Below the pieces are notes generated by a model. That model saw nothing but the letters and a program-made list of their open reading frames with translations. It searched no databases and was not told the origin of the DNA. Shown in pieces: positions 43,765 to 53,080 of a DNA stretch of 53,091 bases. The DNA is from Candidatus Uhrbacteria bacterium (GTDB lineage Bacteria > Patescibacteriota > Patescibacteriia > UBA9934): positions 1 to 53,091 of the forward strand of contig CALRCK010000005.1 of the NCBI GenBank assembly GCA_943354605.1, written 5' to 3'. The translations under genes and the position numbers were made by a program. How positions within the stretch are numbered: the stretch's first letter is position 1; every line of letters starts with the position of its first letter.

Positions 43765-44186
43765 ACGGTCAGTTCGTTGCGGACTGGGAGATGAACGTCT
43801 CCGCGAGCTTTATTGAGGGTAATGGTGAGAATGCCGTTTTTGAGACTTGCGTCCGCGTCGTCGGGGGTAATGCGGCAGGGAAGGATAATCGACCGTGAGA
43901 ACGCGCCCCAGAAACATTCCTCGTAGTGCACCGTGGCATTGAGCGGGAGTTTCGCGATGACGCGTTCGCCGCGAATTGTGACCATATCCTCATTGATGGT
44001 TATGTGAAGATCATTTTCTGACACGCCAGCAATGGCCGAACGAATAATGACGCGATCGGGTGTTTCAATCACGTCCACCGCTAATTGACCCTCGGTTCGC
44101 GCGAAATCAAATTCATCACGTACGCCAGTGGTATCGCGTTTCTTCGAAAACATATTGCCTTCATTGTACGTCATTTGAATCTTCAT
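43761..44186 (-). CDS. Hsp20/alpha-crystallin small heat-shock protein
   Basis: LAVDVIETPDRVIIRSAIAGV...GAFSRSIILP...ASLKNGILTITLNKA. A 4-nt overlap with the VanW gene start suggests an operon. Confidence 0.8.
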   Translation of the reverse strand: MKIQMTYNEGNMFSKKRDTTGVRDEFDFARTEGQLAVDVIETPDRVIIRSAIAGVSENDLHITINEDMVTIRGERVIAKLPLNATVHYEECFWGAFSRSIILPCRITPDDADASLKNGILTITLNKARGDVHLPVRNELTV

Positions 44187-44242
44187 GTCTCTTCATCTTT
44201 ATGTGGATTGTTTGAAACGTCATTTTGTGGTGAAATAGGTCT

Positions 44243-44602
44243 ATGAAATTTCTTCCCCGATGGATCGCGTCGGTGCTGACGATAGGCGTTTTTCTCTCGC
44301 TGTCGTTTTGTGGCGCAATGATGTCGGCATCGACAACGACGGGAATGGCACATGAGATGTCTTCTGTATCGTCGATTCAGTGTGTTGGGGGATCATGTTC
44401 GTCCTCGGAGATGCCCTGTGCGGTGCAGTGCCTTCAGCGTCTTGACCGTTCTCAGCAGCGAGTTATTGCAGAAATTGTCGCTTCGGTCGCATTGATTGCT
44501 TTTGGCATCAGTTTCTTTGTTCACGATTATTCCAATGAAAGAGTGAGCGTTTTCCCCGCTCCGCCGTGGCGGGCTCATCGGCTTTTTGCATTCAGGGAAT
44601 AA
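44243..44602 (+). CDS. Cys-rich membrane protein, hypothetical (upstream of the copper module)
   Basis: Signal/TM ASVLTIGVFLSLSFCGA, a Cys cluster (QCVGGSCSSSEMPCAVQC) and a second TM. Confidence 0.45.
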   Translation: MKFLPRWIASVLTIGVFLSLSFCGAMMSASTTTGMAHEMSSVSSIQCVGGSCSSSEMPCAVQCLQRLDRSQQRVIAEIVASVALIAFGISFFVHDYSNERVSVFPAPPWRAHRLFAFRE

Positions 44603-44620
44603 TGGGTTCGTTTTACTCTT

Positions 44621-44714
44621 GTCATCCCCGCGTAGGCGGGGATCCAGAGCCTGTTTCGCATTATTCTCAAATTATTTCTCTTGAGTCGTGGATCCCCGCC
44701 TGCGCGGGGATGAC
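44621..44714. repeat. Pair of inverted 25-bp palindromic units (GTCATCCCCGCGTAGGCGGGGATCC ... GGATCCCCGCCTGCGCGGGGATGAC)
   Basis: Arms at 44621-44645 and 44690-44714. Each arm is itself a ccccgc/gcgggg hairpin. Spurious ORFs translate it as PRVGGDP / PAQAGI. Confidence 0.75.
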
Positions 44715-44729
44715 CAAAATACGTATCGT

Positions 44730-46052
44730 ATGCCGAATACTTTCCACTTTTCTGTTGCGGGGACGCACTGTGCGAGTTGTGAGATTGTGATCGAACGGGA
44801 ATTGAAGAAACTGTCCGGGGTTGTGAAGGTTGAGGCATCGGCTGGTGCGAATACGGTTGCGGTAACGATGCAGGACGGGAAATCGATTTCTGCCGAAGAA
44901 TGCACAAAAGTGCTCAAGCAGCATGGATACACGTTTTCGAGTTCATCAAGCGTGCCGCGGGTGTTTTCGTGGGATCGAGCGATTCTTGCTGTCGTCGTGA
45001 TCGGAATCATCTACTTCCTTCTCACATCGACCGGAATTCTCAATTACGCGCCAGAGGAGGCGACCGGAAAAGGATTGATCGCGGTGTTGTTCGTTGGAGT
45101 TGTCGCGTCGTTTTCTTCCTGCACTGCCGTCGTGAGCGGATTTCTCGTCGCGCTTTCATCGAAAGCGGCGCAATCGAATGCATCGGCGACATTCGCTGCA
45201 AAGATGCGACCGCACTTCGCGTTCAATGTTGGTCGCCTCATCGGATTTGCAGGCTTCGGCGCATTGGTTGGCGCTATTGGAAGCCAGCTCGCGTTGTCGT
45301 CCACGATGAACGGCGTGTTGATCGTCGCCATTGCGCTGTTGATGATCGGGTTCGGTGTCGATCTCCTCAATGTTCTTCCTGCCGGGCTTGCCATTCGTCC
45401 GCCAAAGTTCTTGTCTCATCGCATTCACTCGATCGTTGAGAGCAAAAGTCCGTTTGCGCCGGCGATTCTTGGAGCGGCAACATTCTTCCTGCCGTGCGGA
45501 TTTACACAATCGATGCAGCTGTATGCACTATCGACCGGATCACCGATTCAGGCTGCATTAATCATGACGACATTTGCCGTTGGTACGCTTCCGGCATTGG
45601 TTGGGTTTGGTGCTGCAACGTCGGCGTTCCGAGGGAAGGCTCTTGAACGACTCACCTTCGGTGTCGGTGCGTTCGTTGTGGCGCTCGGCATTGCGAATGT
45701 TGGGAATGGTGCTACGCTTCTTGGCTGGCAAGGATTTTCGTTTGGAGATGCCTCTATAACCGTGGCTGCGCCAGTGCTCGTGGACGGCAAACAGCTCGTG
45801 ACCATGGAGGCGTCGGCATTTGGATACAATCCTGATGTGATCACGGTGCGAAAGGGATATCCTGTGGATTGGGAAGTGTACGGCGGAAAGAACCTTGGTT
45901 GCGCAAGCACGTTGGTGATGAACGCGTTTAATGTGAAGTCGGCAATCCGTCCGGGAGATAATACGATCGCCTTCACGCCGACAAAGGCGGGGACGTTCCC
46001 GTTTAGCTGTTCGATGGGGATGGTGCGCGGAACCATGATCGTAACGGAATAA
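44730..46052 (+). CDS. Fusion protein: HMA metal-binding domain, multi-TM permease-like core, and a C-terminal cupredoxin-like domain
   Basis: FSVAGTHCASCEIVIE (CxxC HMA), about 6 TM helices, and C-terminal ...GCASTLVMNAF...FPFSCSMGMVRGTMIV (Cys/Met copper-site-like). Confidence 0.65.
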   Translation: MPNTFHFSVAGTHCASCEIVIERELKKLSGVVKVEASAGANTVAVTMQDGKSISAEECTKVLKQHGYTFSSSSSVPRVFSWDRAILAVVVIGIIYFLLTSTGILNYAPEEATGKGLIAVLFVGVVASFSSCTAVVSGFLVALSSKAAQSNASATFAAKMRPHFAFNVGRLIGFAGFGALVGAIGSQLALSSTMNGVLIVAIALLMIGFGVDLLNVLPAGLAIRPPKFLSHRIHSIVESKSPFAPAILGAATFFLPCGFTQSMQLYALSTGSPIQAALIMTTFAVGTLPALVGFGAATSAFRGKALERLTFGVGAFVVALGIANVGNGATLLGWQGFSFGDASITVAAPVLVDGKQLVTMEASAFGYNPDVITVRKGYPVDWEVYGGKNLGCASTLVMNAFNVKSAIRPGDNTIAFTPTKAGTFPFSCSMGMVRGTMIVTE

Positions 46053-46053
46053 T

Positions 46054-48228
46054 ATGAAAACCACATTTCCGGTTTCTGGCATGCATTGCGCGTCGTGTGC
46101 AGTGAATATTGCCAGTTCTTTGAAGGATGTTCCGGGAGTAACCGATGCTGGAGTGAATTTCGCAACAGGGAAGGCGACGGTGGAATACGACGACGCAAAG
46201 GCGACCATGGCGCATCTGCGAAAGGCCGTAGTCGATGCTGGGTATTCGGTACCGATGCAAAACCATCCCGGCATGGACCACGCATCGATGGAGCACGGGG
46301 AACATGAGCACGATGGTGATTTGGCTGTTGCTCGTCGTCGAGCGCTTTGGGCGTCGGCGCTTGCTGCGCCGGTGCTTGTGATGAGCGTAATAGGTCCTAT
46401 TGGACCTATAGGACCGATGTTTCAAGCAGTCCTTGCGACGATTGTTGTTCTCGTTTTTGGCGCGTCATTCCACAGAACAACGCTCAAGCTTTTGAAGCGG
46501 GGTCGGGCGAACATGGACACGCTGGTGTCGCTTGGAACGATTGCCGCGCTCGGTTTAAGCTGGTTTGAGTTTTTCCGTGATGGTGATTTGTACTTTGAGG
46601 CGGCGGCGGTGATTACGGCGTTTATTCTGCTTGGTCGATGGGCAGAGGCAAAGAGCCGTGGTCGGGCAAGTGAGGCGATGACGAAATTGCTATCGCTCGC
46701 GCCAAAGATCGCACATCGTGTGGTTGGCGATACCATTGAGGAGGTTGCGATCGATGCACTCAAGATTGGTGACGTCGTCATCGTGAAGCCAGGAGAAAAG
46801 ATTCCATTGGACGGAAAAATTATTCAGGGAACGACGACCATCGACGAATCGATGGTGACGGGGGAGAGCGTTCCGGCGCATCGAGTGGAAGGCGACGAGG
46901 TCATCGGCGGAACGGTGAACATCGATGGCGCATTGCGAGTTTCGATCACAAAAACAATGGATCAATCGCTCCTCGCGCAGATTGTGAAAATGGTGGAGGA
47001 CGCACAGACGAAGAAGGCGCCGATCGAGAAACTCGCCGATAAGATTTCGGGCGTTTTCGTCCCGATCGTGATTGCGTTATCGATCCTCGTGCTGATCGGC
47101 ATGATCGTTTTCGGCACATCGATCGATGCCGCGGTGATTCGTGCGGTCTCTATTCTCGTCATTGCGTGCCCATGCGCCCTTGGTCTTGCGACGCCGATTG
47201 CGATTCTGGTTGGAACTGGTGCTGGGGCTGAACGCGGCGTGCTCGTCAAAGATGGAACAGCTCTTGAGCATGCGTCTCGAGTGACTCGTGTGTTCTTTGA
47301 TAAGACGGGAACGCTGACGGAAGGGAAACCGGTTGTTACTGATGTTTTGTCGTTTGGATCAATAACCAAGGAAGACGTGCTCGCAAGAGCTGCCGATGTT
47401 GAATCGCTTTCGGAACATCCACTCGCCGCGGCAATTGTTCTTGCGGTCGGAGATAGGACGAATAGGACCAATCCGACCAATACACTTGTGACTCCAGGTG
47501 AGGGAATTTCTGGCTCAGTTGGCAGCGCCGATGTTGCCGTCGGTACAGAATCGTTCTTGCGAAGTCGAGGAATGAATCTTCCCGATCTTTCATCGGCATT
47601 CGCGCTTCGATCAGAGGGGAAGACGGTGGTGTTTGTTGGTGTGAACAAGGAATGCATCGGTGCGATTGCGCTGCGAGATGAGCCGCGAACTGGAGCAAAG
47701 GAGGCGATCGCGAACCTGAAGAAGATGGGGATCGCGGCCACGATGGTGACGGGGGATCATGCGGATGCGGCGAAAGCGATCGCAAAGCGAGTCGGGATTG
47801 ATGATGTGGTTGCCGAGGTAAAACCGGGGGAGAAGCGGAATGTGGTGATGGGGGCGCAGGAAAGGGGGGAGGTGGTGGCGTTTGTGGGGGACGGGATTAA
47901 CGACGCTCCGGCGCTTTCGCAGGCGGATTTGGGCATTGCGATGGGTTCGGGGACGGATATTGCCATTGAGGCCGGTCATGTCGTGGTGCTTTCCGGCGGG
48001 CCTTCTGCTTTGGGGGCGGTTGTGGATGCTTTGCGGTTAACTCGGGTAACGTACGCCGTTATTCGCCAAAACCTGTTTTGGGCCTTTGCATACAATATTA
48101 TTGGAATTCCCTTGGCAATGCTGGGCTTTTTAAGCCCGATGTTGGCCGGCGGAGCCATGGCATTCTCCTCGGTTTCCGTGGTTTTGAATGCCCTTCGGCT
48201 CCGAAAGTATGGGAAGAAAGTTGCATGA
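46054..48228 (+). CDS. copA: Copper-translocating P1B-type ATPase
   Basis: HMA domain GMHCASCAVNI, CPC in the TM helix (IACPCALGLATP), DKTGTLT and GDGINDAP. Confidence 0.92.
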   Translation: MKTTFPVSGMHCASCAVNIASSLKDVPGVTDAGVNFATGKATVEYDDAKATMAHLRKAVVDAGYSVPMQNHPGMDHASMEHGEHEHDGDLAVARRRALWASALAAPVLVMSVIGPIGPIGPMFQAVLATIVVLVFGASFHRTTLKLLKRGRANMDTLVSLGTIAALGLSWFEFFRDGDLYFEAAAVITAFILLGRWAEAKSRGRASEAMTKLLSLAPKIAHRVVGDTIEEVAIDALKIGDVVIVKPGEKIPLDGKIIQGTTTIDESMVTGESVPAHRVEGDEVIGGTVNIDGALRVSITKTMDQSLLAQIVKMVEDAQTKKAPIEKLADKISGVFVPIVIALSILVLIGMIVFGTSIDAAVIRAVSILVIACPCALGLATPIAILVGTGAGAERGVLVKDGTALEHASRVTRVFFDKTGTLTEGKPVVTDVLSFGSITKEDVLARAADVESLSEHPLAAAIVLAVGDRTNRTNPTNTLVTPGEGISGSVGSADVAVGTESFLRSRGMNLPDLSSAFALRSEGKTVVFVGVNKECIGAIALRDEPRTGAKEAIANLKKMGIAATMVTGDHADAAKAIAKRVGIDDVVAEVKPGEKRNVVMGAQERGEVVAFVGDGINDAPALSQADLGIAMGSGTDIAIEAGHVVVLSGGPSALGAVVDALRLTRVTYAVIRQNLFWAFAYNIIGIPLAMLGFLSPMLAGGAMAFSSVSVVLNALRLRKYGKKVA
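46389..46418 (+). repeat. Family-B 3 x 9-bp tandem inside copA (copy 1)
   Basis: aataggtcc tattggacc tataggacc encodes IGPIGPIGP between the HMA domain and the first TM helix. Confidence 0.7.
47453..47481 (-). repeat. Family-B 3 x 9-bp tandem inside copA (copy 2, inverted)
   Basis: ataggacga ataggacca atccgacca encodes RTNRTNPTN. The reverse complement matches the sufU copy at 23 of 29 positions by hand alignment. Confidence 0.65.
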
Positions 48229-48249
48229 GAAAGCGGTTTATGCTATAGT
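48221..48249 (+). promoter_or_regulatory. Promoter of the RRM protein gene
   Basis: TTGCAT, 17 nt, then TATAGT. The -10 plus discriminator TATAGTATCGTCGCT resembles 52923-52937. Confidence 0.4.
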
Positions 48250-48328
48250 ATCGTCGCTAAGCATCCGTGACGTCATTACTTCTCCGTGAGGAGCAGGGAA
48301 ACGGCACTGGAGAAGTAACTAAGCCATT

Positions 48329-48586
48329 ATGGCAGACAACGCACGCGTTTTCGTCGGCGGCATCCCGTATGCAGCTACCGAAGATGAACTCAAGGCACTT
48401 TTCAGCGCAGCAGGTACAGTGGTTTCCGTTTTCCTCCCAATCGAGAAGGAAACTGGCCGCAAGCGTGGATTCGGCTTCGTCGAATTCAACACACCTGAAG
48501 AGCAGGAAAATGCAGTGAAGATGTTCGACCAGACCGATTTCGGTGGTCGCACGATCTCCGTTTCCCAGGCTCGCCCACGCGATTAA
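48329..48586 (+). CDS. RRM (RNP-1/RNP-2) RNA-binding protein
   Basis: RVFVGGIPY (RNP-2) and RGFGFVEF (RNP-1). Confidence 0.85.
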   Translation: MADNARVFVGGIPYAATEDELKALFSAAGTVVSVFLPIEKETGRKRGFGFVEFNTPEEQENAVKMFDQTDFGGRTISVSQARPRD

Positions 48587-48613
48587 TTCGCAAAGCGACT
48601 TGGTGCGGAATCC

Positions 48614-48645
48614 AAAAAATCTCCTTCGGGAGATTTTTTGTTTTG
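48614..48645 (+). terminator. Intrinsic terminator after the RRM gene
   Basis: aaaaaatctcc-ttcg-ggagatttttt followed by gtttt. Confidence 0.7.
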
Positions 48646-48658
48646 GTATACTCCCCAC

Positions 48659-49717
48659 ATGCCAAAAGCGGAAACATCGTTCGACCATCAGCATATTGCG
48701 AAGTGGTTTTTTCTCATGCTGTTTGCGGGGGTGAGTATTTTGTTTTGGAAGGTGCTTGAGCCGTTCATCATCGTGTTATTGACGGCGGGAATCGTTGCGA
48801 TCCTTGTCGCACCACTCGAGCGACACGTGCGGCACTGGACGGGGCATCCAAAAATTTCGGCGTTTATCATGATTTTGCTGGTGCTTTCGGCGGTGGTGAT
48901 TCCGCTTGCGACGCTTATTCTTGTTGCCGCGGATCAAGCTGTTGAAATTGTGCAGGACACGTTGGCAAATCCGGTGTGGGTGCAGTCGTTCGACTTCCGA
49001 TCACTTCCGTTCGTGAGTACGTTGCCGAGCATCCTCGTGTCGCAGATTGCGCTCATCGATCTTGGCGAGATTCTTCGGAACATTGCGCTGTGGATCGTCC
49101 ACAACATCGGAGCGATCTTCGCGAGCTCGGCCGATATCGTGTTTAAAACATTCATTTTCTTTGTCTCGTTATACTTTTTCCTTCTCGATCGCGAGAAGAT
49201 CAAGGCTGAACTTATTGCGCTCAGTCCGTTGCGCGTCGCGATCGATAAAAATATCACCGATCGTTTGGTTGCAACCGTTCGCGGCGTCGTTTTCGGCTCG
49301 TTGATCGTTGCTATTGTTCAGGGAATCGTCGCCGGCATCGGCCTCACACTCTTCGGCGTTCCGGGTGCGCTCATTTGGGCCGGGCTTGTCGTTATCGCCG
49401 CGCAAGTGCCGATGCTTGGCACGTCGATGATTATGATTCCTGCGGTGTTGTACCTCTTTTTGTCTGGACACGCCCCCCAAGCTTTCGGTTTGCTGGTGTG
49501 GTCGCTGTGTGTTGTTGGGCTTATCGATAACCTTATTCAACCGTTCATTGTTGGAAGCCGAACGCGGATGCACGCGTTATTAATCTTGCTGTCGATGCTT
49601 GGTGGATTGAATGTGTTTGGTCCCATCGGTTTCATTCTCGGCCCCGCAGTGCTCGCGGCATTTTTAGTACTCCTTGAATTGTACAAATCGGGTATTCTTG
49701 AACGCGCAAAAGTGTGA
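48659..49717 (+). CDS. AI-2E/PerM (UPF0118) family transporter
   Basis: About 8 TM helices and the typical length. The C-terminal region (…PMLGTSMIMIPAVLYLF…LIDNLIQPFIVG) fits the family. Confidence 0.7.
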   Translation: MPKAETSFDHQHIAKWFFLMLFAGVSILFWKVLEPFIIVLLTAGIVAILVAPLERHVRHWTGHPKISAFIMILLVLSAVVIPLATLILVAADQAVEIVQDTLANPVWVQSFDFRSLPFVSTLPSILVSQIALIDLGEILRNIALWIVHNIGAIFASSADIVFKTFIFFVSLYFFLLDREKIKAELIALSPLRVAIDKNITDRLVATVRGVVFGSLIVAIVQGIVAGIGLTLFGVPGALIWAGLVVIAAQVPMLGTSMIMIPAVLYLFLSGHAPQAFGLLVWSLCVVGLIDNLIQPFIVGSRTRMHALLILLSMLGGLNVFGPIGFILGPAVLAAFLVLLELYKSGILERAKV

Positions 49718-50517
49718 CAACGGAAATGGTCATTTTCGGTGTTGGGATGATCGCGGTCATTGTGTTGATCTGGTTTTGCATTTGGCATTTCGTCACAAAA
49801 TACGGCAAGGAATTTCATCCAGTTTCTGCCGCAGACTTGAGCAAGAAAGCGCTTCGCAAACAGCAATTGAACACCGAAGTTTTTCTGACAGAGGACGAGA
49901 AGCGAGCGATGAAGAGAGGGAACTGGAAGGCGGGGATTATCGTTGGCGTTATCCTTTCCCTTGTTGCTGGGATTACCGCTTGGGATTATTGGCGTTTTGC
50001 GGTGAGGGGCGAACCTGTTCAGGCAACAATTACCAACGTGAGCAAATACCGATCCAGCGGAAGACACCACCGGACAACATATACCTACACGCTCAACGCT
50101 GACGTAGACGGCGAATTGGTGACCGATTTGTACAGCGCGGGGAGTTCTGGGGGGTACACGGTTGGAGAAGTTGTTGATGCCTATGCAGACACATCCGGAG
50201 CGCATACGGATCTGGCAATCGCAAACGTAGTGAAAACCTCGCCGTTTACCACGGGAGGTTTGGTCTTTATTGTTGGTGTTCTTGTTGGCTCTGCAGTGTA
50301 TGCACAGGGGAAGCGAATACGATCTGGACGCGCGAAGATTGCGAATTTGCCTGTCCGATTCCGAATGGCGCGTATCGCGAACTTGCCAACAGACCCCGGA
50401 TCTCCGACAGTTTCCTCGGTTCCGTCCGCCGCAACGAAGACCAATTCAGACGGATTGCCGATGTATACCATCGGTGGCAACCGTGAGACACCGAAGGATG
50501 ATTTTCCAAAATCTTGA
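49714..50517 (+). CDS. Membrane protein with a DUF3592-like beta domain
   Basis: TM, then an extracytoplasmic GEPVQATITNVSKYRSSGRHHRTTYTYTLNADVDGELV segment, then a TM. GTG start overlaps the preceding stop. Confidence 0.5.
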   Translation: MTTEMVIFGVGMIAVIVLIWFCIWHFVTKYGKEFHPVSAADLSKKALRKQQLNTEVFLTEDEKRAMKRGNWKAGIIVGVILSLVAGITAWDYWRFAVRGEPVQATITNVSKYRSSGRHHRTTYTYTLNADVDGELVTDLYSAGSSGGYTVGEVVDAYADTSGAHTDLAIANVVKTSPFTTGGLVFIVGVLVGSAVYAQGKRIRSGRAKIANLPVRFRMARIANLPTDPGSPTVSSVPSAATKTNSDGLPMYTIGGNRETPKDDFPKS

Positions 50518-50801
50518 CTATCACGCTTATGAGCAAGTTGCGCAACGATCATTTTATGACTGGCCGCGAGATTGCGGACACGTTTAACGACTATGAAGTT
50601 TTGGAGCGCGAGGCGCGAATGCAGCAGATTCCTGAAGATCTTCGTTTGGGTCGGTCGGTGATTGGTGATATCGACGACAGGGATCAAGCTGCGCTCGATG
50701 CATGGGTGGAAGATTTGCTCAAGGAAAGCCGAGAGCACACGGATCGTATCCGTGAAATTCGGAAAGCCCGTTCCGAGACTATTGGGATGAAAATTCGATA
50801 A
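50514..50801 (+). CDS. Hypothetical protein
   Basis: A 95-aa ORF (TTG 50514, or ATG 50529). Charged and helical. No domain recognised. Confidence 0.4.
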   Translation: MTITLMSKLRNDHFMTGREIADTFNDYEVLEREARMQQIPEDLRLGRSVIGDIDDRDQAALDAWVEDLLKESREHTDRIREIRKARSETIGMKIR

Positions 50802-50809
50802 CATTATCT

Positions 50810-52111
50810 ATGTCGGCTGAAACCTATCGCATTGAAGCATTGCCGTACTACCCTCCAAACAAGGATGAGGCGGCGGCATTGGATATTGCGGAGCGATATC
50901 AGCGTTTTCCGCCGATTGCTGCAGCAACGGAGGCGATGCAGGGCGTATTGCGTGAACGAACGCATTCACCGGCATTTGTCCAAGAAATTTTCTTGGCTCT
51001 TGAGGTATTGAAGCGCTCGGTGGAAACACTCGCGCTCTCGCAGAAAAACCAGGAGGACTATCGACTAGTGGACAAACGATGGATGCGTGGCCCGGAATTT
51101 ATGCGGGAGGCTCTGGAAAAAGGTCGGCTTGCGATGGAGCTTGATGTACGAAGAGACAAGGACGGAGAGTTTTGGGTGTCGCATGCCACTGGCGCGAAGG
51201 CAAGCATGACCCCACCGCACATTCACGAGCTCACGACCGAAGAAATGAGAGAGCGAGGGGAACGATTCACCGTCGCGGAGGCGTTTGAGATTTTTTCCGA
51301 ATATCACGATGGTCGGCACAAGCTCATCCTTGAGTTGAAAACGCTCGGGCCCCATGCGCTTCAGTTTCCTGAGGTCGTTGCAAAACTTGGAACACTCATT
51401 GATACATATGATTTGCGTGATGCTGTTGCAATTTCGTCGCTTTCTCCTGGGATTTTATTGTCAGTGCATCGTGAGATGCCAGATGTCCCGCTGATTTTAA
51501 ACGGCGGCATTGTTCCGGGGGTGAGCTATGAGCGTCCACAGACAGCGCAGGGGCTTATTGAACGTGGAATGGGTGCAATTCGGAGATTTTTTCTTCCTGA
51601 TGATGAAAAGTGGCGAGCATTTGGCATTACACTGCCTTGGATTGGGACGCCAAGTGAGATTGTGGTGTCTGCTGGGCCGGAGAGCCCAATTCGTCCAGAC
51701 GGGGAAGGAACACAAACCGGGTATGCGTTAACACGTTTGCCGGAGGATCTTGTTACCGTTTTGCAGCAGCAGATTGCGGCAGGAAAAGATTTTGGTGGAA
51801 TGGTATCGCTTTCTGCGGTGACGATTCTTGCAAGCGTCCTGGAAACCGTCGGAGCACATGAAAAAGCCGCAGAAATGCGTCGGTATTATGCAGAGGTTGT
51901 TGCTACACTTGGATTGGGGGTTATGGCGACAACATGGGGACAAGAGCTTGCCACGTTTCCAGTGCTCGGCGAGACAGTGTTCAAACATCTTGCTCCAGAA
52001 CAGCAAATTGCAGCGTTTAAGCGAGAGCTCGGGCCCGAAGTGATGGTGTATACGAAAGCGCCGGAGGATTTCGCTCACCATCTTCCGGATTTCGTTCAAA
52101 CGTACGAATAA
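50810..52111 (+). CDS. Glycerophosphodiester phosphodiesterase (GDPD)-like domain protein
   Basis: MELDVRRDKDGEFWVSHA and LILELK resemble the GDPD catalytic E-x-D-x-x-x-T/R-x-DG-x-x-V-x-H core. Confidence 0.5.
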   Translation: MSAETYRIEALPYYPPNKDEAAALDIAERYQRFPPIAAATEAMQGVLRERTHSPAFVQEIFLALEVLKRSVETLALSQKNQEDYRLVDKRWMRGPEFMREALEKGRLAMELDVRRDKDGEFWVSHATGAKASMTPPHIHELTTEEMRERGERFTVAEAFEIFSEYHDGRHKLILELKTLGPHALQFPEVVAKLGTLIDTYDLRDAVAISSLSPGILLSVHREMPDVPLILNGGIVPGVSYERPQTAQGLIERGMGAIRRFFLPDDEKWRAFGITLPWIGTPSEIVVSAGPESPIRPDGEGTQTGYALTRLPEDLVTVLQQQIAAGKDFGGMVSLSAVTILASVLETVGAHEKAAEMRRYYAEVVATLGLGVMATTWGQELATFPVLGETVFKHLAPEQQIAAFKRELGPEVMVYTKAPEDFAHHLPDFVQTYE

Positions 52112-52257
52112 GTTTAGTGTTTTGCGACGGTGTATTCCTCCACAACGACTTCGTTTCCATTTCCAGAAAATTGTGGAAAGCGGCTGGGCGCACACAACGC
52201 TGTGTACTGCGGATCCGTTTGCGTCAACTTCATGAATCGTCATGATTCCTGTGGGTA

Positions 52258-52830
52258 TTAGCCCGGACGCCGTCGACGGTAGAGCTCGAGGACTTTTGTG
52301 AGAATTGATGCCACGATTTCGTTCGTGACAATACGCTCTGTGGAAAGGGTGAACGTATCGGTATCATCTTTTGTGTCTAGTGGATTTGTGTGTTGAATGA
52401 TTTCGATATTGATTGAGGAAGCAGTGTCGTGCTCTTCGGACCATGTGGCAATAATGGTGTCGTTCACGAACCACGGTTCGTCGAAGTCGAGGGTGGGATC
52501 TCCATCGGCTATTGTGTGTTGTTCGTCGGTACTCAGATCCGGAAAGAATGATTTGAGCGGCAATATTCCTCGAATGTATATTGTGATTTCTCGTGTATCT
52601 TTCCCGCTCTTTGACGTGACCGCTCCGATGTTCCAATGCACATCCCAGTTCACGAGCGTTGTGCGGTGCAAGAGCAATACATGTTCGTTTCGGTTCGCGC
52701 GTCGTTCACCGGCGGTGAGGGGTATGTCTTGAGGATTTGGGTCGAAGAAGGCAAAAAATGTCCGGAGCTGTTGTTCAAGCGCCGCGTCGTGATGGTGTTC
52801 TTTTGAAGATTTTTCGAACGTTGGAGGCAT
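52258..52830 (-). CDS. Hypothetical protein
   Basis: A 190-aa ORF. No domain recognised. Confidence 0.45.
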   Translation of the reverse strand: MPPTFEKSSKEHHHDAALEQQLRTFFAFFDPNPQDIPLTAGERRANRNEHVLLLHRTTLVNWDVHWNIGAVTSKSGKDTREITIYIRGILPLKSFFPDLSTDEQHTIADGDPTLDFDEPWFVNDTIIATWSEEHDTASSINIEIIQHTNPLDTKDDTDTFTLSTERIVTNEIVASILTKVLELYRRRRPG

Positions 52831-52900
52831 AGGCTCGTTCTATTGTAGCGCATTGGGTTTTTGAATAAAAAGCCCAACTGTTCTCGCGTGATCCTTTATT

Positions 52901-52928
52901 TTGACGAAAACCGATTTTTTGATATAGT
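52901..52928 (+). promoter_or_regulatory. Promoter of tRNA-Glu
   Basis: TTGACG, 16 nt, then TATAGT, followed by the GC-rich discriminator ATCGGCGCT. About 28 nt upstream of the tRNA 5' end. Confidence 0.45.
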
Positions 52929-52956
52929 ATCGGCGCTCAATAAGACAGTTCTCTAG

Positions 52957-53031
52957 GGCTCCATCGTCTAATGGTTAGGACACGGGCTTTTCAAGCCTGT
53001 AACCGGGGTTCGACTCCCCGTGGAGTCACCA
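52957..53031 (+). tRNA. tRNA-Glu(UUC), CCA encoded
   Basis: GGCTCCA acceptor, CGGGC-TTTTCAA-GCCTG anticodon arm, CGGGG-TTCGACT-CCCCG T arm. Confidence 0.88.
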
Positions 53032-53054
53032 TCACCGAATCGGTGTCCAAACAG

Positions 53055-53080
53055 AGCTCCCTGAAAGGGGAGTTTTGTGT
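53055..53080 (+). terminator. Terminator after tRNA-Glu
   Basis: ctcccc-tgaaa-ggggag followed by ttttgtgtt. Confidence 0.55.

Noticed and set aside
44566-45010. ORFs 44566-44790(+), 44575-44907(-), 44667-44924(-) and 44672-45010(-)
   Set aside because: They are driven by the GTCATCCCCGCG palindromic units (HPRVGGDP / PAQAGIH peptides) and overlap the real HMA-fusion gene.
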